Assembly: GCA_045047305.1 (NCBI GenBank)
Contig: JASFYO010000026.1
Coordinates: 1-30,694 of the forward strand
Reading direction: 5' to 3'
Origin: Planctomycetota bacterium
GTDB lineage: Bacteria; Planctomycetota; UBA1135
Length of the DNA stretch: 30,694 bases
The stretch's first letter is position 1. Each line of letters begins with the position of its first letter. This document shows, in pieces, positions 1 through 10,462 of this stretch. The translations under genes and the position numbers were made by a program. The notes under the pieces are model-generated. The model was not told where the DNA came from. It saw only the letters and a program-made list of their open reading frames with translations, and ran no database searches.

Positions 1-376
1 ATCTTGAAAATATTGACTTACCTTCACCAGTTGCTGCGGTGCAGCGTTGTGGGCGGTTTTCCATAGCGGTCAGGCGAGCGGCGTCCTGTTGCACGACGGG
101 TTCAAATTTGATGCTGGTCAGGGCAGCGTTAAGGGTTTGTTGTTGCCAGTCGGGCAGGGTGGTGCTGAGGGTGTAAAACACCCATTGCGCATCACGGCGC
201 GAGGTCAGCAAGCCGACATCACGCAGCGCCGCCAGATGACGCGAAATTTTAGGCTGTGACAGATCAAGGGCCGCCACCAACTCGCAAACGCAAAGTTCGC
301 CATTGTTTTGCATCAGCGCCAAAGCCCGCAATCGGGTTTTCTCACCCAGCATTTGAAAGATTTCAATTTGTTTCAT
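1..376 (-). CDS. arsR: ArsR/SmtB-family metalloregulator, As(III)-sensing type; 3'-partial and absent from the ORF track
   Basis: Manual translation from ATG at 376: MKQIEIFQMLGEKTRLRALALMQNNGELCVCELVAALDLSQPKISRHLAALRDVGLLTSRRDAQWVFY... It has the ELCVCEL Cys motif and the SQPKISRHL helix of ArsR. The frame stays open to the window edge. Confidence 0.88.
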   Translation of the reverse strand, partial: MKQIEIFQMLGEKTRLRALALMQNNGELCVCELVAALDLSQPKISRHLAALRDVGLLTSRRDAQWVFYTLSTTLPDWQQQTLNAALTSIKFEPVVQQDAARLTAMENRPQRCTAATGEGKSIFSR

Positions 377-378
377 GC

Positions 379-435
379 ACTGTATATGCGCCGAAATGAA
401 TATACAGTCAAGTGCATATTCGTTTTGGCGTATGT
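379..435 (-). promoter_or_regulatory. Putative arsR promoter with two operator-like boxes
   Basis: Minus strand TTGACT(411-406)-N17-CATATA(388-383)-N6-ATG. A 9-bp inverted repeat ACTGTATAT/ATATACAGT lies at 379-387/400-408. Boxes 384-403 (reverse complement) and 416-435 are 16/20 identical. Confidence 0.6.
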
Positions 436-439
436 AGGT

Positions 440-1693
440 CTAAGGCGTGATCACATTCACGCCGGCAATGCCGCCGATCTGGTCAAAGTCTTCTTCATAT
501 GCCAGCGTCAGATCATCCACCAGTTGCTGGGTCCAGCCGGGGGCGTCCAGGTCTTCTTCCAGCGTGTCATCGATTGCGAATTTGTCCAAAAACGCGGCGA
601 TAACGCGGCTGTGCTGGGCCTCGGTTTGGGGCGGGTGGCTTTGCATATAGGTTTTATAGCGCTGCACCCCGTTTGCCGTCATGATTTCGGCCAATAGATC
701 GGTTTCACCATCAAGCGGGGTGTCTGGGCGCATGCCGGTAAGGGTGTGCATCAAACGGGGCCAGATCATCGGCGTGTCCTCGTTGCACCAGACCGTCAGT
801 TTGGCGTCCGGGGCCGAGGCGCGAATACTGTGCACCAATGAGGACCAGCGCATATCATAAGGCGAGGTGCCGCGCATGAATTGATCAAAGCTGATGTTCT
901 CGGTGCGGGCAAACACGGCGGGAATAAAGGTGGCGGGGTTGCGCAGGGCCAGATGGAATTCAATTTCGGCATTGGGAAACAGGCGGGCAATGGCGGGAAT
1001 TCGGCTCATGGCGTTGCCATAAATGGTTTGATTGATAAAGGCCGATGCGAGGGCGTCGAGCTGGGGCATGACCTGATGACGCAGATGATTGCGTGCGGCA
1101 AGTGCAGGGTCGGCGTTGCTCGGGTCCTCGATCCACGGCTGATTGGCATCGTGCAGGGTTTGGCGGATGGCGGCGGAGCGCAGGGCGAGCATGGGGCGCA
1201 GGAGCTCGACGTCGGGGCTTAGGGCTCGGCGTGCGGGAATGCCGGAGAGACCGGCTAAGCCGGTGCCACGAAGGATGCGCAGGAGCACGGTCTCGGCGTG
1301 GTCATCGGCATGATGGGCGAAGAGGATGCGAGAGGCGTTGTGGTCGGTGGCAGCTTGGAGCAGGGCCGCATAACGCGCAGAGCGCAGGGTGGACTCGTTG
1401 GCGTCGGCTGAGGCTTGAAGCGTGCGGATCTCGGCGGGCAGGCCGAGGGAAGAATAAAGGCTCTGGGCTTGTAATGCGTCAGAATCCGAGCCGGCGCGGT
1501 GGCCGTGATCGATGATGACCACGGTAGCCTCGGGCAGGGCATCGGCCACCCCTTGGGGCAAATGCGCAGCCGCATAACGCCAGGCAAGGGCGAGAAAGGT
1601 GGAGTCGGCGCCGCCGGAGCAGGCGAGCACCACGCGCTGACCCTGAAGATAGGGTGCGAAGCTGTGGATTCGGTCTGCCGCTTGAGCAAGCAT
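440..1693 (-). CDS. tilS: TilS (tRNA-Ile lysidine synthetase) catalytic domain fused in frame to an unrelated C-terminal domain; possible chimera
   Basis: The first ~215 aa carry TilS motifs SGGADS, DHG, RxxRY, [22 protein letters not shown] and RNxLRxxVxP. The last ~200 aa ([29 protein letters not shown]) are not TilS-like. Confidence 0.75.
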   Translation of the reverse strand: MLAQAADRIHSFAPYLQGQRVVLACSGGADSTFLALAWRYAAAHLPQGVADALPEATVVIIDHGHRAGSDSDALQAQSLYSSLGLPAEIRTLQASADANESTLRSARYAALLQAATDHNASRILFAHHADDHAETVLLRILRGTGLAGLSGIPARRALSPDVELLRPMLALRSAAIRQTLHDANQPWIEDPSNADPALAARNHLRHQVMPQLDALASAFINQTIYGNAMSRIPAIARLFPNAEIEFHLALRNPATFIPAVFARTENISFDQFMRGTSPYDMRWSSLVHSIRASAPDAKLTVWCNEDTPMIWPRLMHTLTGMRPDTPLDGETDLLAEIMTANGVQRYKTYMQSHPPQTEAQHSRVIAAFLDKFAIDDTLEEDLDAPGWTQQLVDDLTLAYEEDFDQIGGIAGVNVITP

Positions 1694-1783
1694 GACACTA
1701 GAATCTCTGCTCCAACGGCCTGTGGATACCCCCCTTTGGAGGATTTCCGGCCGCCCCCATTCTCACTCCAGAATTCTAAAACC

Positions 1784-2788
<1,005 letters not shown>

Positions 2789-2826
2789 AGTTTTGCTCTG
2801 GATTACGGGTTTTCAAGCCCGCACGG

Positions 2827-2857
2827 ACCGCTGCATCTTCGGGTGCAGTGGTTTTTT
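2827..2857 (+). terminator. Rho-independent terminator after gap
   Basis: ACCGCTGCATC-TTCG-GGTGCAGTGGT stem-loop followed by a T run. Confidence 0.85.
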
Positions 2858-3076
2858 CATTTACCCTTTTTATTGCAGAGAAAAGCTCGCGAAAACGCCT
2901 TCCTGCCCCATTCAAGCACCAGCGCTTGTATCGAAAATCGGCACTGGCTCAGTTAAGCCAGGCGACCACAGGGAATCTCCGAGCAACCCTAAAAGCCTAT
3001 TGTGAGGTTTCGGTGAAGGAGATAGCGTCGATTTCCCCCTGGATTCTTTGTTCCTCCCCCCTTCACCTCCCCCGTC

Positions 3077-5872
3077 ATGAACCCCACTCTTAGATTCTCC
3101 CCCCGAAGCCTCCTCTTTCCCCTCCTGATTCTCCTTTCCCTGCAGGGATCCCTCCTTGCAGCACAAACCAATAGCCCAACTTCAAAAGTTCAAAAGATTG
3201 AATTTCATGAAGTGAAGGGACAGAAGGAGTTTTCAGGCTGGATGGTTTCGCGCCCTCTCACTGTTCAAGATTTAAAAGATAGCGGCATTGCAACGGCGGA
3301 AGCATTTGCACGGGTGGACTACACCCACGCCCTCATGCAAACCTTCATTATTAAGGACTACGTCATTGCAACCAATGAATACGTCTTCATGAATGCGGAA
3401 GGTGAAACTGAAAATGCCGTCGCAACCCGCCTCATGGCCGAGGGTGATTTTGCTTACGTGGAACCAGACTGGATGGTCTACCCGGTCGGCAACCCAAACG
3501 ATCCACAGTTTAGTAGTCAGTGGCATCACCAAGCCAACATCATGGACTCTGCTGCAGGGTGGGATTTGCATACCGGCAACCCGAGTGTGGGCATTGCCAT
3601 CTGTGATACTGGCGTTTTAACCTCGCATGAAGACTTACAACTTCATCGCAATGAAGGCTATAACGCAGTCGACCGTGTTTGGGAAAGTGCCGGCGGAAAC
3701 ATTGGCCCGGTCCACCCCCACGGCACCAACACAACCGGATGCGCCGCAGCAAACGGGAATAATGGAGTCGGTATTTCTGGAGTTGGCTGGAATCTCAGCC
3801 ACCGCATGATGCGTGTATCGAACTCATCTGGCGGCAACGCTTTCATGAGTGACCTCACCCATGCTGCTCGCACCGCCATCGAAGCCGGTGACAAAGTGGC
3901 CAGCGTGAGTTACTCCGGCGCTGATTCCAACACCACTCTAAGCGCTGCAACTTACATCAAGAGCATTGGTGGTCTTTGCGTTTGGGCTGCTGGAAACGAC
4001 AGCCGCAATCTCACCTTTGGCGATCGTGATGCCGACGACCTGATTGTGGTTGGCGGTTCCGACAACGGCGATGGCCTCGCATGGTTTTCTGCTTACGGAC
4101 AATTTGTTGATGTGGTAGCTCCCGGAACTGGCGTTTACACCACCGATGATAATGGTGGCTATACCGCAGTCAGCGGAACCAGTTTCTCCACACCCTTAAC
4201 AGCGGGTCTGATTGGCATGATTTTCTCTGCCAACCCAAGCCTTACCCCACAACAAGTGGAAGACATGTTGAAGTCTTCGGTGGATGACCTGGGCTCCAAC
4301 GGCCTTGACAACACCTTTGGCTATGGCCGCATCAACCTCGCAACCGCTATGGCTCAGGCCACTGGCGGCGGTGGTGGTGGCGGCGGCGGTGGAAACCCAA
4401 CTCCACCCGTTGCTGATTTCTCCGCGACTCCCTTGTCCGGCACGACGCCGCTCAACGTTTCCTTTACCGACCTCACCACCAATGCTCCGACCTCTTGGAG
4501 CTGGGATTTCGGCGACGGCGGCACCTCGAACGCGCAGCACCCAAGCTACACCTACAACAACGCTGGCACTTACGACGTAACTCTCACCGCGACCAATGCC
4601 GACGGCAGCGATACGCGCGTGCGCACGGGCTACATTACGGTGAACAGTAGCGGCGGAGGCGGTGGCGGTGGCATCGTTGGCGAAGGCTTTGTGCTCGACA
4701 ATGATCCTGGTTTAACTTTAGACCAACGCACCTTCTCCACTTCCGACACCCTGTACATGTACATTTGGAGTGACCAGGTCGACTACACCAACCTGAAGAA
4801 AGCTCAGTGGGAACTGCGTGACACGCAGGGCAACAAGGTCAAGATGGACCTGGTTAGCAATGGTGACGGCTCCTACAACGCAAGCTATGCACTTTCCAAC
4901 CTTCCTTCCAACGATTCCACGTGGACCTGGAAAGGTAAGCTAAAGGATAGAAATGGCGCGCGGTATCAGCCTCAGGTGACCTTAACCATCACCACGGGTG
5001 GTGGCGGCGGTGGCCCTCCAGCACCAGTTGCGGACTTTAGTGGTAACCCAACTTCTGGAACAGTGCCATTGACGGTGGACTTCACCGACTTGTCCTCCAA
5101 CACCCCAACCACCTGGTCTTGGGACTATGGCGACGGCGCAAGTGCAAGCGGCCAAAACCCAACGCACACCTACACCCAAGCAGGTAACTACACCGTCACC
5201 CTTACGGCGACTAACGCCGGTGGTGCCGACACCTTGGTACAGACCAACTACATCACGGTGAATCCTGCTGCGGGTAACCCTCCAGTAGCCGATCTCGTGG
5301 CATCAACGACCAATGGAAACGCTCCGTTGCTGGTTGATTTCACCGACCTCTCTTCCAATAACCCAACTTCTTGGAGCTGGGACTTTGGTGACGGCGGAAC
5401 TTCGACTGCGCAAAACCCAAGCTACACCTACAACACACCAGGCACCTACGATGTCAGTCTCACTGCGACCAACGCAGATGGAACCGACACTGTGGTCTTC
5501 ACCGGTTACATCACTGTGAACAACGGTGGTGGTGGCGGTGGTGGCGGCGTGGTTGGTGAAGGATTCATTCTGTCCTTGAACGCTGACTTCTCTACCGATG
5601 ACCGCAGCTTCACCCGCGGTGATGTGATCTACATGAAAGTTTGGAGCGATCAAATCGACTTCACTGACATGAAGAAGAATCAGTGGGAGCTTAAGGATCC
5701 GAACAAGAATAAAGTGAAGCTCAACCTCACCAACCTTGGCGATGGCAACTTCACCGCATCCTTCGTGCTTTCCGGACTCCCATCCAATGACACTTCCTGG
5801 ACCTGGAAAGGCAAGCTAGAGGACAACCCTGGCACGCGCTACAAGCCTAGAACTCAGATCACCGTAAACTAA
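3077..5872 (+). CDS. Secreted S8 (subtilisin-like) serine peptidase with 3 PKD domains and 2 copies of an unassigned ~105-aa domain
   Basis: Signal peptide; catalytic triad motifs ICDTG, HGTNTTG and GTSFSTP; oxyanion-hole AAGN; three WxWD(F/Y)GDG...HTY/YTY PKD repeats; poly-Gly linkers. Confidence 0.93.
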   Translation: MNPTLRFSPRSLLFPLLILLSLQGSLLAAQTNSPTSKVQKIEFHEVKGQKEFSGWMVSRPLTVQDLKDSGIATAEAFARVDYTHALMQTFIIKDYVIATNEYVFMNAEGETENAVATRLMAEGDFAYVEPDWMVYPVGNPNDPQFSSQWHHQANIMDSAAGWDLHTGNPSVGIAICDTGVLTSHEDLQLHRNEGYNAVDRVWESAGGNIGPVHPHGTNTTGCAAANGNNGVGISGVGWNLSHRMMRVSNSSGGNAFMSDLTHAARTAIEAGDKVASVSYSGADSNTTLSAATYIKSIGGLCVWAAGNDSRNLTFGDRDADDLIVVGGSDNGDGLAWFSAYGQFVDVVAPGTGVYTTDDNGGYTAVSGTSFSTPLTAGLIGMIFSANPSLTPQQVEDMLKSSVDDLGSNGLDNTFGYGRINLATAMAQATGGGGGGGGGGNPTPPVADFSATPLSGTTPLNVSFTDLTTNAPTSWSWDFGDGGTSNAQHPSYTYNNAGTYDVTLTATNADGSDTRVRTGYITVNSSGGGGGGGIVGEGFVLDNDPGLTLDQRTFSTSDTLYMYIWSDQVDYTNLKKAQWELRDTQGNKVKMDLVSNGDGSYNASYALSNLPSNDSTWTWKGKLKDRNGARYQPQVTLTITTGGGGGGPPAPVADFSGNPTSGTVPLTVDFTDLSSNTPTTWSWDYGDGASASGQNPTHTYTQAGNYTVTLTATNAGGADTLVQTNYITVNPAAGNPPVADLVASTTNGNAPLLVDFTDLSSNNPTSWSWDFGDGGTSTAQNPSYTYNTPGTYDVSLTATNADGTDTVVFTGYITVNNGGGGGGGGVVGEGFILSLNADFSTDDRSFTRGDVIYMKVWSDQIDFTDMKKNQWELKDPNKNKVKLNLTNLGDGNFTASFVLSGLPSNDTSWTWKGKLEDNPGTRYKPRTQITVN
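4405..5520 (+). repeat. Three intragenic PKD-domain repeats (approx. 4405-4645, 5020-5262, 5278-5520)
   Basis: Repeated PVADF/L...P L.V.FTDL..N.PT.WSWD(F/Y)GDG...QNP..TY...G.Y.V.LTATNA.G.DT at protein and DNA level. Confidence 0.9.
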
Positions 5873-5888
5873 GGCCTGAGTTCCTTCT

Positions 5889-5921
5889 ACCTCCATTCCC
5901 GTTTGGGGATGGAGGTTTTTT
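5889..5921 (+). terminator. Rho-independent terminator after the S8 peptidase gene
   Basis: ACCTCCATTCCC-GTTT-GGGGATGGAGGT hairpin followed by a T run. Confidence 0.85.
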
Positions 5922-5991
5922 CGTGCCCTGACATCCGAGATTTCGATAAAGTTTGACACTCTTCTGCGAATAAAGCGCAGCCCTCAGCAAC

Positions 5992-8619
5992 ATGCAACGC
6001 GCCCTTCCTTTGCTTATTCTTGCCATCGTTCTGATCGCAAGCTTGGTCCTTTTTCTGCCGGAGTCCGCGCAGAATAAGGTTAGCCAAATCGATCCTTCCG
6101 GCCCCGTAAGTCCTTCCACCAACACGCTGCCGCCCGCAGCAATCCCCACTCGCGCAAAATCAGAGCCATCACGAAGTGGACTGGCCCCGCAAGTATCCAA
6201 GCAGTCTGCCCCGCTTCCAGCCCCAGTCATCTCAGGCGCTGCGATCACCCTGCAAGTATGGGATCGTGCAACGCAAACACCCGTCGCATTCGCGGACCTC
6301 TATCTCGCGCCTAAAGAATCGGATGTTGTCGATGCCAAGCGCAGGCCAGGCTTTCATGATTGGTTAGAAGAGCATGCTGCGCATTACCAAGTGGATGCGC
6401 AAGGACGCATGCAAGCTCCACGTAGTTGGCTTTACCATTACGCTTTTGCTGAATCCCAGAACGGTCATTGGGGGTATCTTTGGTTAAAGGAAAGCGAGTT
6501 CCGCGACACCGTGCGTATTGAAGTTTTGCCCGTACGTAAGATCGAGGTGCAAGTGGTCGATGCACAGCAGGCCCCAATCCCTCATGCATTCGTTCACCTT
6601 GCAGGATCCGACTACGCCGGCATGCAACCTTGGCGTCAGGCCACCACGGACGCCAACGGCAAAGCCACCTTCGAGCAAATCCCCGATCAGCTGCTTGGGT
6701 ATAACAATTTCGAGGCCTTCGCTTTCTTCGCAGGTAACCCTCCGGCTCCAAATTTTCCACCACTGTCAAGCCTAAAGGACCTCGCGCAAGAAATTACTTT
6801 GGTGATGCCTGCCACCACCACTCTCGAAGTGCACGCCTTCGACTTCAACGGAAACCCCATCTCCCACTTGCCCGGCCTTTCCATTCGATTCCCAGGGAAT
6901 GCCCCAAATGGAAAGCCGTGGAGCAAATCCCGCTTATTTCAAACTTGGGTTAAAAACTACGAAAACGGAGTGACCTCTGTTTCCGTACCGGCAAACCATG
7001 CTGTCGAACTTGGAATTGATTTTGACGCCTGCGGTGAAATAGAATATTTTCCGATGGAGACCCTGGATGAAAACCTACACACCGTGGTGGAGCTTCATCA
7101 AAAAATCAGCCATCCGCTGATGCAGTTCCGACTGCTCGACGAGAATGGAAACGCTTTAGGTAACAAGAATCTGAAAGCTTCTATTAAGGCGGATTACGAC
7201 AGCACTTTCGGCTTCTATTCCTCTGCAGTCACTCTCAGCACCGACGCACTAGGAATCGGAGAATTCCGCCTTCCGCATGCAGACCTCCACGCAGGGAAAC
7301 GGCTCATTAAGGGGCGCTACCTTAGTGCAAGCTCGATCAATGAAGTTGGTGAACCCGTTCACGGCAGGCTGGATCTAAATCAACCGTTTTCAAAGGAAGT
7401 CCACCAGCTTGGCGATCTAGTTTTACGCACCTCCGAGAAACACATCTTCGCCACGGGCTTTGTCTTCGACACCGACGGAAACCCGCTTGTTGGAACCAAA
7501 ATCGATGCCGGTGCTCCCGTTCACACCCAGGATGGAGTGGGCAATTCTACCACTGGACGAAGCGCGCTCGCTCGCGCAGAAGTGGATGCACAAGGCCACT
7601 TTGTTCTCTATGGAAAGCGGCCAGAGGATGACTCCAAGGTGACTCTGCGCGCCATCCGCATCGGCTATCCCTGGACTCGTGTGCCTCTTCTCCCGCCTGG
7701 CCAAGAGCACCGAATCGTTTTAGATCTAGGGAACATCATCCGTGGTCAAGTGTTGCTTCCTTTGGGGTTAGAGCAAAAAGGAATTAGCTTAGAGTTTGTT
7801 CCCTATTCCGACATCGACGCCCCGCCGCATGACCCGTACACAGAAACTAGCGCCACCGAAGGGCTTTTCCGAATGACGGAGCTTCCTGCCGAACCTGGAG
7901 TCCTCAGAGTAGGCACTGGTATGGCTTGGCCATTTCGCCCCCTGGCTACTATTGAAAATGTTTTCCCTTGGCGTATGGGCCAAGAGGGCGACCGGCGATT
8001 GGAGCTCCTCGACCTGCGTGATGTATTAGACGTTTACGAAATCACAGCAGTCGACGAAAACCAAGAACGACTCAGCCAAGCCAAGTTCAGTTATGAGATG
8101 AAACGCCCGCATGGCACTTCATGGCGAGGGATTCCCAGTCAAAACGGAAAAGCAATTCTTATTGCAGCCGAGCCAGGATTAGATGTCATCATCCTTGCCG
8201 ATGGATACCGTGCTCAGAAAATTGTACTGACGGAAACCAAGACCACCGCGCAGCTTGTCTCAGCCTTACCCATCCATGCACATCTCGCATGGATGCCTGC
8301 GCTTTCTCATGGCCGTGAAGTGATTCTCTCCTTAAGTCCAGTGAATGGATCTTCCAGCCGTGGATTACTTTCTGAGAACGCCTTTGATGCTCAGGGAAAC
8401 TTACAAACTTTTGCTAGCCGACCGGGCCAATATCACGTCTCGCTGGGAATCCAAGTTCGCTTCGGATCGAGCTCCAAATCCCTCTACGATGCCTCCGGCC
8501 AGCCTATCCAAATCACGATTGCCGAAGGGAAAAGCACCCAACGCTTTGAGTTAAACCCGCCTCAAGCCTTTTACGATGAACTCTTATTACCCGCCGACCG
8601 CGCTCCCAAAGAGGACTAA
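5992..8619 (+). CDS. N-terminally anchored exported protein with repeated carboxypeptidase-regulatory-like (beta-sandwich) modules; paralog 1
   Basis: Hydrophobic N-terminus, Pro/Ser-rich linker, repeated V.D..G.P(I/L) and TD..G motifs; collinear with 10463..13018 and 15741..18293. Confidence 0.75.
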   Translation: MQRALPLLILAIVLIASLVLFLPESAQNKVSQIDPSGPVSPSTNTLPPAAIPTRAKSEPSRSGLAPQVSKQSAPLPAPVISGAAITLQVWDRATQTPVAFADLYLAPKESDVVDAKRRPGFHDWLEEHAAHYQVDAQGRMQAPRSWLYHYAFAESQNGHWGYLWLKESEFRDTVRIEVLPVRKIEVQVVDAQQAPIPHAFVHLAGSDYAGMQPWRQATTDANGKATFEQIPDQLLGYNNFEAFAFFAGNPPAPNFPPLSSLKDLAQEITLVMPATTTLEVHAFDFNGNPISHLPGLSIRFPGNAPNGKPWSKSRLFQTWVKNYENGVTSVSVPANHAVELGIDFDACGEIEYFPMETLDENLHTVVELHQKISHPLMQFRLLDENGNALGNKNLKASIKADYDSTFGFYSSAVTLSTDALGIGEFRLPHADLHAGKRLIKGRYLSASSINEVGEPVHGRLDLNQPFSKEVHQLGDLVLRTSEKHIFATGFVFDTDGNPLVGTKIDAGAPVHTQDGVGNSTTGRSALARAEVDAQGHFVLYGKRPEDDSKVTLRAIRIGYPWTRVPLLPPGQEHRIVLDLGNIIRGQVLLPLGLEQKGISLEFVPYSDIDAPPHDPYTETSATEGLFRMTELPAEPGVLRVGTGMAWPFRPLATIENVFPWRMGQEGDRRLELLDLRDVLDVYEITAVDENQERLSQAKFSYEMKRPHGTSWRGIPSQNGKAILIAAEPGLDVIILADGYRAQKIVLTETKTTAQLVSALPIHAHLAWMPALSHGREVILSLSPVNGSSSRGLLSENAFDAQGNLQTFASRPGQYHVSLGIQVRFGSSSKSLYDASGQPIQITIAEGKSTQRFELNPPQAFYDELLLPADRAPKED

Positions 8620-8631
8620 ATCAGAGTTTCC

Positions 8632-9183
8632 CTAGTGGTCGGTTTTATTATGGGTCAGGTATAGGGCTAATCCAATCAGGGCAATCCCGCCGCCAAAGGC
8701 AAGTAAGTCCATAGGCGTTTCTACCTGAATACTAATTCCGTATTGGAAAAAGTTCACAATCAGAATCATCAGAATGACCTTACCCAAACGCGTCTTTAAA
8801 TCATCCAAGGAATGAATAATGAGCACTTTGGCGGAGATCTCGTCCTCGATCGCTGGGTCAAGCCGCGAGATAAACAACTCGTAAAGCCCCAAGGCAAAGA
8901 TCACTAAAACTGTAGCTAAAAGATAGCCGTCAATGATTTCAACCACTCCTGAAACAATGTGGTGGCGTTCCACAATCCGCGCTTCGCCAGCCAACCCAAA
9001 GTAGTGGCTCACCCCCTGTGCCAGTTCAAGTACATCGGCGCTGGAAACCACAAACATCACAATCGCAGTAATCAAACTGCCTAGAACTGCGAGAAGGACC
9101 ACGAATCTGCTCCTCCAAAGCATGTGCTCAAAGGTAGATTCCGCGCGCTCAGGCAAAGAGGAAGTATCGTTCGAATCGGCCAT
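8632..9183 (-). CDS. YqhA (UPF0114) family membrane protein
   Basis: Four hydrophobic segments; motifs SRFVVLLAV, IIDGYLLATVLVIFALGLYELFIS and IHSLDDLKTRLGKVILMIL. Confidence 0.88.
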   Translation of the reverse strand: MADSNDTSSLPERAESTFEHMLWRSRFVVLLAVLGSLITAIVMFVVSSADVLELAQGVSHYFGLAGEARIVERHHIVSGVVEIIDGYLLATVLVIFALGLYELFISRLDPAIEDEISAKVLIIHSLDDLKTRLGKVILMILIVNFFQYGISIQVETPMDLLAFGGGIALIGLALYLTHNKTDH

Positions 9184-9253
9184 CGCTGCTAATCTATCCG
9201 CCCCAAGGTGCTAAGCCCACCGTTCCCCTCGAATCTCCCCCACCACCACTCCA

Positions 9254-10447
9254 ATGAGCCTCGCCAAGCAAACTCTCGATTCCATTGATTTCACCGGCAA
9301 ACGTGCCTTTGTCCGCGTTGATTTCAACGTCCCGCTCAAAGATGGAGTGATTACCGACGACACTCGGATCCGCGCTGCATTACCAACCATGCGTACCATT
9401 CTTAGTGGGGGCGGTTCCGTGATTCTAGGCTCCCACCTTGGCCGGCCTAAAGGACAAGTGGTCGAAGAGCTGCGCATGACTCCAGTTGCGGTGCATTTGC
9501 AAGCCCTGCTTGGAGAGCAAACTGTGGTCAAGGCAGTATCCGAGGTCCAAGGCGAAGAAGTGGATGCGACTGCGGCGGAGCTTGCTCCGGGGGAAGTCAT
9601 GCTGCTCGAGAATTTGCGCTTCGAGGAAGGCGAGACCAAAAACGATAGCCATCTAGCGCAAAGCCTTGCAGCGCTCGCAGATGTTTTTGTCCAGGATGCC
9701 TTCGGCACTTGTCACCGCGCCCACGCCTCCACCGCAGGGGTTCCAGCCATACTAAAACCGGCCGTTGCTGGGAAATTGCTGCAACTGGAAATGGAAGCCT
9801 TCGACATGGCGTTTGGGCAACCGAAACGCCCCGTGGTTGCGGTCATCGGTGGCGCAAAAGTGTCAGACAAAATTGTAGTACTGGAAAGCTTGCTCGATAA
9901 GGTAGACTGCGTTCTTGTCGGTGGCGGCATGGCTTACACCTTCCTGGGTGCCGCTGGTATTGGGGTTGGCGGATCTTTATGCGAAGAGGATAAGTTCGAT
10001 GTCGCGCGTGCTGTGGTGGCAAAGGCGAAGGAAAAAGGCGTGGAGTTATTGCTGCCCGTCGACCACCTCATCGCCGACGCCTTCGCTGCAGATGCCAACA
10101 CGAAAATCGTCGAAGGTGCACTGCCCGATGGATGGATGGGCTTAGATATTGGACCAAAAACAGTGGAGCTTTATGCGCAAAAGCTACGTGAGGCTGCCAC
10201 GGTAATCTGGAATGGTCCCATGGGCGTTTTCGAAATGGAAGCCTTCAGCCATGGCACCTCCGCGATTGCCAAGGTCTTGGCAGAAACCGACAACCTCTCT
10301 GTCGTTGGCGGCGGAGACTCCGTTGCTGCGATTAAGAAGAACAAAGTGGAATCGCGCATCACGCATATTTCCACCGGCGGTGGCGCATTTTTAGAAATGC
10401 TCGAAGGCAAAATTTTACCTGGCATTGCTGCACTTGATGACGCTTAA
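9254..10447 (+). CDS. pgk: Phosphoglycerate kinase
   Basis: Motifs VRVDFNVP, SHLGRP, LLENLRF, DAFGTCHRAHAS, GGAKVSDK, WNGPMGVFE, GGGDS and STGGGA. Confidence 0.98.
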   Translation: MSLAKQTLDSIDFTGKRAFVRVDFNVPLKDGVITDDTRIRAALPTMRTILSGGGSVILGSHLGRPKGQVVEELRMTPVAVHLQALLGEQTVVKAVSEVQGEEVDATAAELAPGEVMLLENLRFEEGETKNDSHLAQSLAALADVFVQDAFGTCHRAHASTAGVPAILKPAVAGKLLQLEMEAFDMAFGQPKRPVVAVIGGAKVSDKIVVLESLLDKVDCVLVGGGMAYTFLGAAGIGVGGSLCEEDKFDVARAVVAKAKEKGVELLLPVDHLIADAFAADANTKIVEGALPDGWMGLDIGPKTVELYAQKLREAATVIWNGPMGVFEMEAFSHGTSAIAKVLAETDNLSVVGGGDSVAAIKKNKVESRITHISTGGGAFLEMLEGKILPGIAALDDA

Positions 10448-10462
10448 CCCTGGCTCGCCATT

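Noticed and set aside
1499..1783. 95-aa N-terminal extension on GAPDH in the ORF track
   Set aside because: It is largely the antisense frame of tilS. The canonical GAPDH N-terminus starts at ATG 1784.
4405..5520. Repeated DNA blocks as a CRISPR array or DGR template/variable repeats
   Set aside because: They are ~240-bp coding PKD repeats with largely synonymous or conservative differences. There is no short repeat-spacer periodicity, and no cas or reverse transcriptase gene.
4363..5550. GGC/GGT runs as phase-variable simple repeats
   Set aside because: They are in-frame poly-Gly linkers with mixed codons, so length changes would not switch the frame.
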